A DNA stretch of 63,925 bases, filler included, from Perkinsus chesapeaki ATCC PRA-425 (lineage: Eukaryota > Protista > Perkinsozoa), in the NCBI GenBank assembly GCA_013115145.1. It is 9 parts of 9 records of this genome, joined end to end, with 100 filler letters (N's around TTAATTAATTAA, not from the genome) between each part and the next. Parts side by side here need not be neighbours in the genome. Positions count along the whole stretch, not along the records: positions 25,834 to 54,098 come from JAAPAO010000478.1; positions 54,199 to 55,759 come from JAAPAO010001897.1; positions 55,860 to 56,997 come from JAAPAO010002164.1; positions 57,098 to 58,379 come from JAAPAO010002061.1; 5 more parts are not named here. One strand, 5' to 3'. The position numbers and the translations under genes were made by a program. The notes below the pieces were generated by a model. The model saw only the letters and a list, made by a program, of their open reading frames with translations. It made no database searches and was not told where the DNA came from. Every line of letters starts with the position of its first letter. The stretch's first letter is position 1. Shown piece after piece: positions 48,481 through 58,479 of this stretch.

Positions 48481-49052
48481 TGATGGTCTCGACCATTTTC
48501 AGGCTCACAAGCATCATGAGTCATGGTTACCGAGACCTTTGGCTTCCAATCAAGATGGAAGCTATCACTGGGAAGATTATATGTGATGGTAAGTACTTGT
48601 TGGAGCTGATCCGTAGTAAGGCCAAATTCTTGGGCCACACGAGCAACCTCTTCACTGGAGTAGTCGGGCTCGAACTCTTTGCAATCCTCAAGATGGAATG
48701 GTATGCTCTTGAGGTCAACCTTCGGCTCATAGTCGAAATAGAATACGTGTTCTTCAATAAGTATCCGAGCCATCTCGCCATTGATTTTACCGCAATACTC
48801 TCCAGCAGGCTTGCCAGAGCAGTATTCGTCGTCTCCTCCTGAATAAGCTGTTGTTGCATCAGGTTCATAGTGGTTATCGGGGTCGAACGCTGTAGTAGGG
48901 GCCATGAAATGATCTCCGTCACTTGATGTTGTTTCATGCATGCTTGCTGCAGTAGTTGGAGCAGCAGTGTTCCTGCTACCATCACTCGAACACCCGCTCA
49001 TAAGCACCATTACCAAGGCGAGGCACACTCCCGCAAAAGAAAACGTAGACAT
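48471..49052 (-). CDS. Lipobox-like family, copy 4 (193 aa)
   Basis: MSTFSFAGVCLALVMVLMSG-C21-SSDGS; domain CSGKPAGEYCG...DCKEFEPDYSSE...YNLPSDSF...HDAC. Confidence 0.9.
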   Translation of the reverse strand: MSTFSFAGVCLALVMVLMSGCSSDGSRNTAAPTTAASMHETTSSDGDHFMAPTTAFDPDNHYEPDATTAYSGGDDEYCSGKPAGEYCGKINGEMARILIEEHVFYFDYEPKVDLKSIPFHLEDCKEFEPDYSSEEVARVAQEFGLTTDQLQQVLTITYNLPSDSFHLDWKPKVSVTMTHDACEPENGRDHHGY

Positions 49053-49533
49053 TGGTAGACTAAATGAAAATCAGTAACAACTAGCGGTCACGAAAAATCT
49101 GTAACTTACTAATATTGAAAACTTTCACAAGTCACATTATTCGGTATAATGGATTGCGCTATAGCTCGGAAAGCATCATTTTGTGACTTCATGTCTACAA
49201 ACTGGTGTCACAAATCATCACTGTGACATCGTTGTCCCGCCAGTATGGTACTGTGTGTCCCTTCGCTAAACGGATAAATACTTTATATATCATGTGCATC
49301 GAAATGACGGTTTTTCAACTAGTGCATAAAACATCGTAGTAAAGTTAAAAGACACGAGCAGCTAGCACAAATCTTGGCACCATTGATCAAAGCAATAGGC
49401 AAGTGGTTGTCGATGGATACAGTATAATACAAGGAGCTTGCAAGGAGAAAACGATTGTGGCACACAAGAGAAAGGGCCCTTGGCGAATCAGACCAACTAC
49501 TCAAAGGCGTGATGGACTAGTGCTGCTTCTAGA

Positions 49534-49800
49534 TCAGCCTCGGGCTTTTGTGAGATTGATGGAAGAACAGGGGGATGATAGATGCAATCTCTTTAAGCAG
49601 GGAATAATATACTGAGTTCTCTGTTCATGTTAACTAGCCATCCTTTGCAGCCTACTAGCTACCTGGCCTCTTCAGGATTGGTGCAGTCCTCGACTACTAA
49701 TCAAACATAACTAATCTGGCCTCAGAATGCTGGCCAGCATACTGCCCTCGTACGTCTGCGCCTCATCACGTCGGAGATAGACTACTGTATTACGGTGGTT
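49534..49800 (-). pseudogene. Decayed relic of a lipobox-family copy, closest to copy 7
   Basis: Broken frames give TYEGSMLAS, VEDCTN, MNRELSIYSLLKE and SINLTKARG*, aligning with copy 7 NYEGLMGS, VDQCTD, MNKDVKISYSPLND and PISLTRDQC*. The 3' flank at 49330-49480 also resembles the copy 7 flank at 53220-53370. Confidence 0.45.
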
Positions 49801-50129
49801 TTTTACTACTCGCTAATGTGGGTAATGAGTGTCATCTACAGGCTCTACTCAAGTGTAAAAGCCAAGAGATACTCTTACTGAAGGCTGGATGAATTACACT
49901 AATTTGTCAATTTGGTTATCGTGAGCCCGTGACATTGTGTGAAGAACTCAGCTGACACAGTGGGATATACTGTCATACTAGCTTAATAGCCACAGTCATA
50001 ATAATTGGGTATGGTAGAACGTGAAGGACGAGCTTCGAGGTTGCATGTCTCAATTTCGGATGTAATATAGAGATGGTATTCTATAAAGTTGAAAGCAGCT
50101 TCTATTTTTACGTTTTTCGTGTTACTATA

Positions 50130-50705
50130 ATGAAGTTCTTCCCCGTCGTTGCCTCCGCTGTTGTTGCCCTCTCTTTAACTGGTTGCAGTGATGATGACTC
50201 TACCACGACTGTTTCTCCCAGTACCACAACAAGCGCTGCGGCCCAAGCCACTACTGCCGCTATGGAGACTACAACGTCTTTCCTCCGTCCCACTACAGCT
50301 CCTGGTGACTCCACTACTGCTGCTTCTGGTGAGGCGACTATCAGTTCCTCTGGTTCTGAGACTACCGCTCCTAGCGATGGTGGAAGCTGTTCGGCTACCC
50401 CTTCTGGCAAGTATTGCGGTAAATACATGATGTTTAAGGGTACTGCTACTATCGATGATGGAACCTTCGGCTTAAGTGTTAAACCCGTTGTGAATATCAA
50501 TGGTGTCGATTACACTATGGATACTTGTACCGACTTCGAGCCCGACTACAGTGATCCTCAAATGGTGGAAATGGCCCAAACTATCGGTATGACTCCTGAG
50601 GAGCTCGATCAGGCTATGACTGTTACTTACGATGAGTCCAATGATACCTTTAATATCTCTGTGCAGGGATTGATGTCTCTTGACCTTTCTAAGGATCAGT
50701 GCTAA
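50130..50705 (+). CDS. Lipobox-like family, copy 5 (inverted relative to the others)
   Basis: MKFFPVVASAVVALSLTG-C19-SDDDS, Thr/Ser linker, CSATPSGKYCG...CTDFEPDYS...LDLSKDQC. Confidence 0.9.
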   Translation: MKFFPVVASAVVALSLTGCSDDDSTTTVSPSTTTSAAAQATTAAMETTTSFLRPTTAPGDSTTAASGEATISSSGSETTAPSDGGSCSATPSGKYCGKYMMFKGTATIDDGTFGLSVKPVVNINGVDYTMDTCTDFEPDYSDPQMVEMAQTIGMTPEELDQAMTVTYDESNDTFNISVQGLMSLDLSKDQC

Positions 50706-51531
50706 AGTGCATTGTGAAGATGGTTGTCACCATTGGTACATCGAGCAGATACGTATTTGATAGTATCATCTTGCTCTCCATTGTTTTGACTAGTTTAAAC
50801 CATATCCCTTTTTGTGATGGTTTAATCTATTTATCGTATTGTGTTTTTAACTGGTCTACGGGCGGCGCTGGAGGCAGCACCGGCCCGGTGCCACTGGGAC
50901 ATGGTAGGTCTAAAGAAAGGGGACACTCGACACAAAGCTTACGGTAGTCTATACAGAATGAACTAGCGAAATATATTATTGGCACTTAAGTCTGTGTAAA
51001 GGCACCGCAGTCAACTGTGATTGCCAATACAAGGTATATAAGGCTTGTTCCTTTAGCCTTGCGCAAAATTTTGAATAGGTATGACGAGGGTGAGTACCAC
51101 CAGTGATGACCGGCCCGCTCATAGAATGAGCCGACCGCCCATTTATATAAAGTTCCGCCGTATGTTATTGAGAGAGGATTCCAAGGGAAGCTCCCTGAGT
51201 GAAACCTCAGTAGAATATAATCCCGTAGCTGAAAAAGCGTATTTACGGCGTTGGCCGGAATGACAAATATAACAACCAGGGGACACTGTTCGAACACTGT
51301 TTACATAAACTAAACACTTATAATCTATCACACACAGACCAGAGCAAAATGCTCAAATACCCAACCCCACTCCAGGGAACTGATATAAATCTTTCCACAA
51401 CAAGTACCGCTCATCAATAGACAGAACCTGGGGATGTCCAGAAGGAAAGAGAGTTCAGTTAGCAGTATTTCAGTTATTAGCATGAGGTAAAACTAGCAGG
51501 TAGTTCAGTGTGAAGGAAAATATGAAGTAGT

Positions 51532-52470
51532 CTAGTAACCGCGACAGCCATCATGAGCCATTGTCACCGAGACATTTGGCTTCCAATCAAGATGGAAGCT
51601 ATCACTGGGAAGATTATATGTGATGGTAAGTACTTGTTGGAGCTGATCCGTAGTAAGGCCAAATTCTTGGGCCACACGAGCAACCTCTTCACTGGAGTAG
51701 TCGGGCTCGAACTCTTTGCAATCTTTAAGATGGAATGGTATGTTCTTCAGATTAACCTTCGGTTCATAATGGAAATAGAATACGTGCCCTTCGATAAGTA
51801 TCCAAGCCATCTCGCCATTAATTTCACTGCAATACTCTCCAGCAGGCTTGCCATAGCAGGACTCTCCATCGCCTCCTTTATAAGGTGTTGTTGTATCAGG
51901 TTCATAGCGGTTATGAGTCTCGAACGTTGTAGGGGCCACGGGATGGTCAGACTCGCAGAAATCATGAGTCATGGTTACCGAGACCTTCGAGTTCCAGTCA
52001 AGATTGAAGCTATCACTGGGAAGATCATATGTGATGGTAAGTACTTGTTGGAGCTGATCCGTAGTAAGGCCAAATTCTTGAGCCACACGAGCAACCTCCT
52101 CACTGGAGTAGTCGGGCTCGAACTCTTTGCAATCCTCAAGATGGAATGGTATGTTCTTGAGGTCAACCTTCGGCTCATAGTCGAAATAGAATACGTGTTC
52201 TTCAATAAGTATCCGAGCCATCTCGCCATTGATTTCACCGCAATACTCTCCAGCAGGCTTGCCAGAACAATATCCGCTTCCAGTATAAGGTGTTGTTGCA
52301 TCAGCTCCATGGCGGTTATCTGGGTCGAACGCTGTAGTAGGGGCCATGAAATGATCTCCCCCATTTGCAGTAGTTGGATCAGCAGTGTTGCTGCTACCAT
52401 TACTGGAACACCCGCTCATAAACACCATTACCAAGGCGAGGCACACTCCTGCAAAAGAAAACGTAGACAT
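51532..52470 (-). CDS. Lipobox-like family, copy 6, with two tandem copies of the domain
   Basis: MSTFSFAGVCLALVMVFMSG-C21-SSNGS followed by two near-identical GKPAGEYC...DCKEFEPDYSSEEVARVAQEFGLTTDQLQQVLTITY domains. Confidence 0.9.
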   Translation of the reverse strand: MSTFSFAGVCLALVMVFMSGCSSNGSSNTADPTTANGGDHFMAPTTAFDPDNRHGADATTPYTGSGYCSGKPAGEYCGEINGEMARILIEEHVFYFDYEPKVDLKNIPFHLEDCKEFEPDYSSEEVARVAQEFGLTTDQLQQVLTITYDLPSDSFNLDWNSKVSVTMTHDFCESDHPVAPTTFETHNRYEPDTTTPYKGGDGESCYGKPAGEYCSEINGEMAWILIEGHVFYFHYEPKVNLKNIPFHLKDCKEFEPDYSSEEVARVAQEFGLTTDQLQQVLTITYNLPSDSFHLDWKPNVSVTMAHDGCRGY

Positions 52471-53426
52471 TGGTAGACTAAATGAAATGTAAAAACAACT
52501 GAGCAAACACGATCAGCCCAGCACCCACGAATGGTGGAAACACTTAAAAGTCACAGTATTCGGTATAATAGATTGCGCTATAGCTTGGGAAGCACCCTGT
52601 TGTGAGTTCCTGTCTACAAACTGATGTCACAAGTTGTAACTGTGACGAAATCACAGGATATACGGATAGCCGAATGTCCTCCATGGTTTGAAGACTTCCA
52701 TTCGAACTCGCGGAAACAACTTTGTAAAACGTTCGAGGGCGCATGAGAAAGCTACGCCACTGTAAAATGCAATTTCGGAAACTGGTAGAGGAAGGATTCC
52801 CCAGAAACTGCTGGATCGAAATTTCATCCCGCGAAAGATTACAAAGCAAAAAACTTACAACTAGAAAGTTTTTCTTTGCTTTCCACACTTGTGCTTTTCT
52901 CAGAATATTTCAACAATACGAGACTCTCGCAGGGAGAGATGTGCCTTAGAAAGGCACAAAATGTCAACTACACGGAAGAGTGGTAGAATATTTGGAGGTA
53001 CATGTCTGCTGGCGAGTGGTGTGAGAGAATTTCACAGAAATTCGGTCGATGTTCAAACCTCCCGAGACCAAGGGGGGCTTTCACTGCGGCCGCTCGACAA
53101 GGTAGTTGTAGGACTCGACTGAGCGATCTAAACGCGCAATCCAAGCACTTGACGCCAACTAAACTCTATAGACTACGCGTGCATCGAAAGGAAACTCTTC
53201 AACTAGTACATTGACGAGTGTAGTGGAGCTTAATAGTTGAAAGACAAGAGAGGCCAGCGCTAATCATAGCCCCGTTGGGTCGATGATAAGCGTTGTACAC
53301 TCAGGAATATAGTATGATACATGAGCGGGAACGTAGGAGATGATTGTGATACACAACAGAAGGAACTTTTGCCGAAGTATGCCGCTCACTATTGATCACT
53401 TATCAAAGTGCTCTTAGTGCTCTCAG

Positions 53427-53930
53427 TCAACACTGGTCCCTAGTGAGGCTGATGGGAGCATTAGGAGGATGGGACACAGAGAAACTATCATTCAATGGAG
53501 AATAAGAAATCTTGACATCCTTGTTCATTTCGGCAGTCGTCGTACTCATCCTACTAGCTACCGCGGCCACCTGGGGATTACTGTAGTCCGGCACGAGATC
53601 AGTGCACTGGTCGACGTAGTAGGCGACATTACTAACAAGATCACCAGAAGGTATAGCGACGGAGAACGCCTTTGACCTGATGGTGACGCTTCCCATTAGA
53701 CCTTCATAGTTGAAGCAATAGACTCCAACAGGACTGTTAGGACATATAATCGCTGTCGGGTTTCCACCGAAGTCGGTTACCGATTCCTCAGAGGATACGG
53801 CGACGGGCCTGCCAGTGGGTGCAAGGAACGCCTGCTCTTGTAGAGCCGCCTGCTCAACTGCTGCGTGGTCCGTACAGCCGGAGAAGAATACTGCAGCGAT
53901 TGCACAGCAGAACAATGCCACTGAACGCAT
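53427..53930 (-). CDS. Lipobox-like family, copy 7 (most divergent, 167 aa)
   Basis: MRSVALFCCAIAAVFFSG-C19-TDH; CPNSPVGVYC...DQCTDLVPDYSNP...YSPLNDSF...LTRDQC. Confidence 0.85.
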   Translation of the reverse strand: MRSVALFCCAIAAVFFSGCTDHAAVEQAALQEQAFLAPTGRPVAVSSEESVTDFGGNPTAIICPNSPVGVYCFNYEGLMGSVTIRSKAFSVAIPSGDLVSNVAYYVDQCTDLVPDYSNPQVAAVASRMSTTTAEMNKDVKISYSPLNDSFSVSHPPNAPISLTRDQC

Positions 53931-54468
53931 AATTGAATGAAAGAATAAATCTGCTTAAGCTTGGGTAACGTGCGAAACTATTTCAGCGACCCCCGATACC
54001 CTAGTAGATACTAGTAGCCTCCAGTATGTCTTGGCCGGTTCTGTTCTCTATCTGTGCCGGTAACTCTACAGTTGATGCCATAGAAAACAGGGGTTGAGNN
54101 NNNNNNNNNNNNNNNNNNNNNNNNNNNNNNNNNNNNNNNNNNTTAATTAATTAANNNNNNNNNNNNNNNNNNNNNNNNNNNNNNNNNNNNNNNNNNNNCT
54201 TTTGTTGCTGATAGCTATACTTTTCTTGGCTCTGCTATTCAGATTCTTTCCTTTACATTGGCCGGTGCTGGAAAGCGCCAGCCCACCGCGTCGTTCCGGC
54301 AGGAACACGCGCCTTGGATCAAGGAACTCCTGCAGGATGATTTCGCTTAAGTATTACTACTTTTGGAGAGTCTTTTATAAGTTCTGTCGAATAGTTGTGA
54401 TTGTATACGCCCAGTGTTGTAGTCGTAGATTATTATGGTCTGTCAGTTTTCCTCCTCCATTAGCTAAC

Positions 54469-54687
54469 ATGCAGTTCAACCTACTTCTTATCTGTATTGC
54501 TACTATGCTGATTAGAACCGTCTCAGTGAAGTACTGTAAGACAAGTAAGCACTGCCCCAAGGAGACTCCGATATGTCACAAAGGCCAATGTACGAAGTTT
54601 TGCAAAACGGACAGCGACTGCTTCATCCTTGGAGTGTTCTACCGTTGCAAGGTCGTGGCGGGTCTCAAAAACAACGCATGCATCTGA
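54469..54687 (+). CDS. Small secreted cysteine-rich peptide (72 aa, 8 Cys in the mature part)
   Basis: Signal-like MQFNLLLICIATMLIRTVSV followed by KYCKTSKHCPKETPICHKGQCTKFCKTDSDCFILGVFYRCKVVAGLKNNACI, with two similar CKTxxxC modules. Confidence 0.65.
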   Translation: MQFNLLLICIATMLIRTVSVKYCKTSKHCPKETPICHKGQCTKFCKTDSDCFILGVFYRCKVVAGLKNNACI

Positions 54688-55904
54688 TATGAATGCTGCG
54701 CTTGGAGGTGTATTCTAATCACCAAACGAGTGAGCAGCCTATGCTGGTTCTTGTAATGGTCCTGTAGTTCTAAAGCAGATCTAGTGAGGGAGCCACTCAG
54801 CTTGTAGTCGTCTTGTAAAACCATTCTATAAAACCCTTGTCACCAAAGTCTCACATCACCAGCCTTGAGTTGAAAGAGTGGATAGGCAGTCAACTCGTCC
54901 ACTGTAAGTTATAGTCTATAACACCGCAGTTTTGCGCTCTCTCACACAGTTCTGACTCTACAGAACCACTGTACGTAGTTGCCTCTACCTCTAAAGTATT
55001 TCCTCACTAACTATCCCATACGAGCTCTTCTGGACCTCGCGATAGTCTATCCGGTAGACACAAATGGTGCAATAGACTCAATTTAATAGATTTCCCAAAC
55101 GCCACTGGCCTTGCAGCTCGCTGGCTGGGAGGCAAGCAATTTTGTGTGAGTTCTCTGCTTTGAGCATCTAGCTAACGATCGAGCGTTGTCACTCGATGAG
55201 TCAACTCGGTGGAGCTCACAATTCCTCGGTTCATACCTGTGAAACCATCGAACCACGCCGATCACCATTGAGCGTCATCGTCGCCGCGTAAACGAAGTAT
55301 TTACTAAGAACTAACGAAACGAACGAAATAACGCGAGCCGTATGATGCATGGCAGATCAACAAAAAGATTGGTATGATGGGACAGGTCCCGGCGGTCGGA
55401 ACTCCCATGTTCCGGCAGCTATGGACTTCTCTACAAAAGCTATTCAGGTCAAATGCAGAGGTACCCCTTGTTAGTGAAGGTACAACGGTGAGTCATGCCA
55501 AGGTGTTCATCCTCTCTTCATTCGCAATCACCCTGGCAGAACCTAGTGCACTGGCCGGTATAGCATATCGGATCACTTCCTCGAGAGTCTTGGGGCCCGT
55601 TGCAGTAAATGATGGCCGAAACTTCAAGTAGTGTAGTGCTTAAGCAGATGAAGAGAATTCCGAACGGCATTATTACTTGCTATTAATAAAGCTCCGATGT
55701 CAAGGTCCAGTCATGGGCTCCTGTCTCGAACGGGATTGCACATATCACACTGGACTGTGNNNNNNNNNNNNNNNNNNNNNNNNNNNNNNNNNNNNNNNNN
55801 NNNTTAATTAATTAANNNNNNNNNNNNNNNNNNNNNNNNNNNNNNNNNNNNNNNNNNNNTATCGATGGGTGAAGATTTGGTCATTGACAATGTGTTCATT
55901 GAAC

Positions 55905-56050
55905 AGATTTTATGTACTTGAACACTACTGTACACACTGTAGTGTACAAATGTACAAGTGGTAAGAGTCACTGTAGTGTACAAGTACACAGTGTACTTGT
56001 ACATTGTCGAGTGTTGTACGTTTATTATACTACAGAATTCAGTACACCCT
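55905..56050. repeat. GTAC-rich low-complexity repeat containing a perfect 27-nt palindrome; likely MITE/transposon subterminal sequence
   Basis: Many TGTACA/GTACAC motifs; TGTACAAGTACAC-A-GTGTACTTGTACA at 55977-56003. Confidence 0.55.
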
Positions 56051-58479
56051 ATCTTGATCTCCAAGATGCTTTCGATTGAGTTGTACTCTCGCTTACAAGA
56101 CTTTGCGTGCTGCTGCATTCTACTTGTCCCGCTGAACTCTCCTTCAGACATTTGCCTATATTCACTATCTCTACGGTCAAGTTTTCCTCAGGTCAGCGCA
56201 CCACTAGTTAAATCAGTTTTTATGCATGAAGATACTTGCAAGGCAGTCAGTGGTGAAGTTACTGACTTGAAGATACTCCCCAGAGTCCTCGATACCGCGG
56301 ATATCGGTGGAGAGGTAAGTGACCGTTTGTAAATTTAATGTTATTAACACTTTGCGATCTGGGTTTACCTCACCCGTTGTAATTGTTACTGCCTGTAGGA
56401 TTTCGAGTTTCATGTCGATTCAACTGCACCCCTTACCATTGATCTCGAACAGATCCTTGAGTATATAATCCTTCCATTTAATTTCCTAAAATAATTATCT
56501 CTTTCAATTCGATATTACAGTTGGAAAATAAGAACTTTACCACTGGCAAAGTTCTTCCTTTCCAACTGTGATATTCCCGACACTGCCAAATTGCCACGCT
56601 TGTGACGCTCTCATCAGAGGCGCGAGAATCCAGGTTGATTTGTAGGTGAGGAAAGGGCGGCCTGGTAGACCATGACATGACCGTTCTCCTGTATGTGTTG
56701 AATCTAGAGAGATTGTGTTACTAGTTAGATCGGGGACACAAGAAGTTGAAAAGATAAACCATCGTCAACAAAGCGAAAGTATACAACCGTGGATGAATAA
56801 CGAACGATACGCGAAGTCGTACGGAAAACAGGAAAGCAGCTTCGAAAGTTATCAACTCGAGAGGTTATCGGATTGCCGGGATCATGAAGATGGTCTAGGC
56901 CAAGCGGGCCATCTGTCGCCTATTTATTACTATACCAGTATGCCATTACTATGCTATTAGTATGCCATTACCATTACTATGCAGAGCTGATTTATTANNN
57001 NNNNNNNNNNNNNNNNNNNNNNNNNNNNNNNNNNNNNNNNNTTAATTAATTAANNNNNNNNNNNNNNNNNNNNNNNNNNNNNNNNNNNNNNNNNNNNAAT
57101 GCGGATCAAATTCGATGTACACAGATTCAGTTCTGCGTACATCGGATTGAGCCACCGGCGCTGTGTCAGCTACTTCGCGAGATTCGGATTGAACGATAAT
57201 AATGATAACTACCGATACCGATAACTAATGGCCTCAGTTTACGGTCGATAAACTCGGACTTCCACAACAATAGTGGAGGTCTGGGCTTTGCTTAGACCGA
57301 GTTCAAGAGAGCTGTAACACCTCGCTCCACTCTGTGTATGCGTGCAAGGCATTCTGAGAATTAGCTAAACACCCCCCCCCCACATAATTCTAGCGTAATC
57401 GGTTTTTCCACAGATCTGTGTTATATATGAGAGGTTGAATCTCCCCCGCATACAGGGTTATGACAATAGTCTAATATAACCTCGAAGTTTCAGGTCTAAA
57501 CTGGTGTTGATTGTTGCGAACAAGAAAAGTCGCACCAAGATTATGCCACAAATTCTTAGCATACAGAGCTTAAATTTGACCCAAGGAATATCTAATTTTT
57601 TCATTGGGGAGGTACTTTTGCGTATACCAATACGATAAAAATGGGTAGTGAAGAGCAGGCTGCTCTGAGCAGCAGCTCAATGCGAAACTGTCAGTTTACA
57701 CTAAGTCTTAGTGTAAACTTGTAGTCTTAGTGACTAAGAGGACAGACGGCATACTGGTAGGTTTGAATTAGTAAAAATATATATACACTTTATGGCATCA
57801 TTTTGAATAGCTAACTGCATGTAAATGCGTGCACTATGCACGCGTTCGCATTGGCCAGTTTAGAGAAGTCAACAGGACTATTTGCAGATAAGTTATCTGA
57901 GATAACGACTGTTCTCTTCGATCATGATATCCTCCCTCTTGAAGAGAAGGTTCCTAGCCATGTTACTGTCATGAATCCTTTTGGTTGTATTCGGCTTGGC
58001 GTCCGCGTGCGACGGAAATGAGTGGCCGCGAATGTTAGGCTAACAATGTCAGCTGGCAAGTGAGCCAGCGTCCCATTTCCCATGACTTTCAGAGAGGCGA
58101 GCACATGCTCACACCCATCCGGAAAGGGTCGAGTAGTTTTGCAGTAAATTGATGTGTAGCACAAGATATTGTGTGTAGCGTAAAATAGCGACTACAATTC
58201 GAGGAGTGCTACTGTGTTCTGGGCTAGGACAGACTCACTGTCGAGTTTGGTGGATCTTTCTCGCCCTAGCGCGCTGCAAGATATCAACCCGTTGTTCATG
58301 AATGGGGTGTTGCAAAGCTGAGTTGCTATGTCGTTGGCTTTAACTTCTGCGGATGGCTTAAGACATGGCACAGATAGTANNNNNNNNNNNNNNNNNNNNN
58401 NNNNNNNNNNNNNNNNNNNNNNNTTAATTAATTAANNNNNNNNNNNNNNNNNNNNNNNNNNNNNNNNNNNNNNNNNNNN

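Noticed and set aside
40164-54687. Relict spliced-leader sequence upstream of the intronless genes as proof of retroposition
   Set aside because: I looked by eye for the dinoflagellate/perkinsid leader core CCGTAGCCAT(T/C)TTGGCTCAAG and did not find it; retroposition remains unsupported by this criterion.
55349-55631. MDFSTKAI motif resembling the N-terminus of cystathionine/methionine gamma-lyases
   Set aside because: No canonical splice restores the frame and the following sequence lacks the expected family motifs; the region ends at a gap.
57922-58164. SWIM-like zinc finger of a Mutator transposase (CKTT...GCEHVLA)
   Set aside because: Cys spacing does not fit CxC-xn-CxH and no DDE transposase frame is adjacent.
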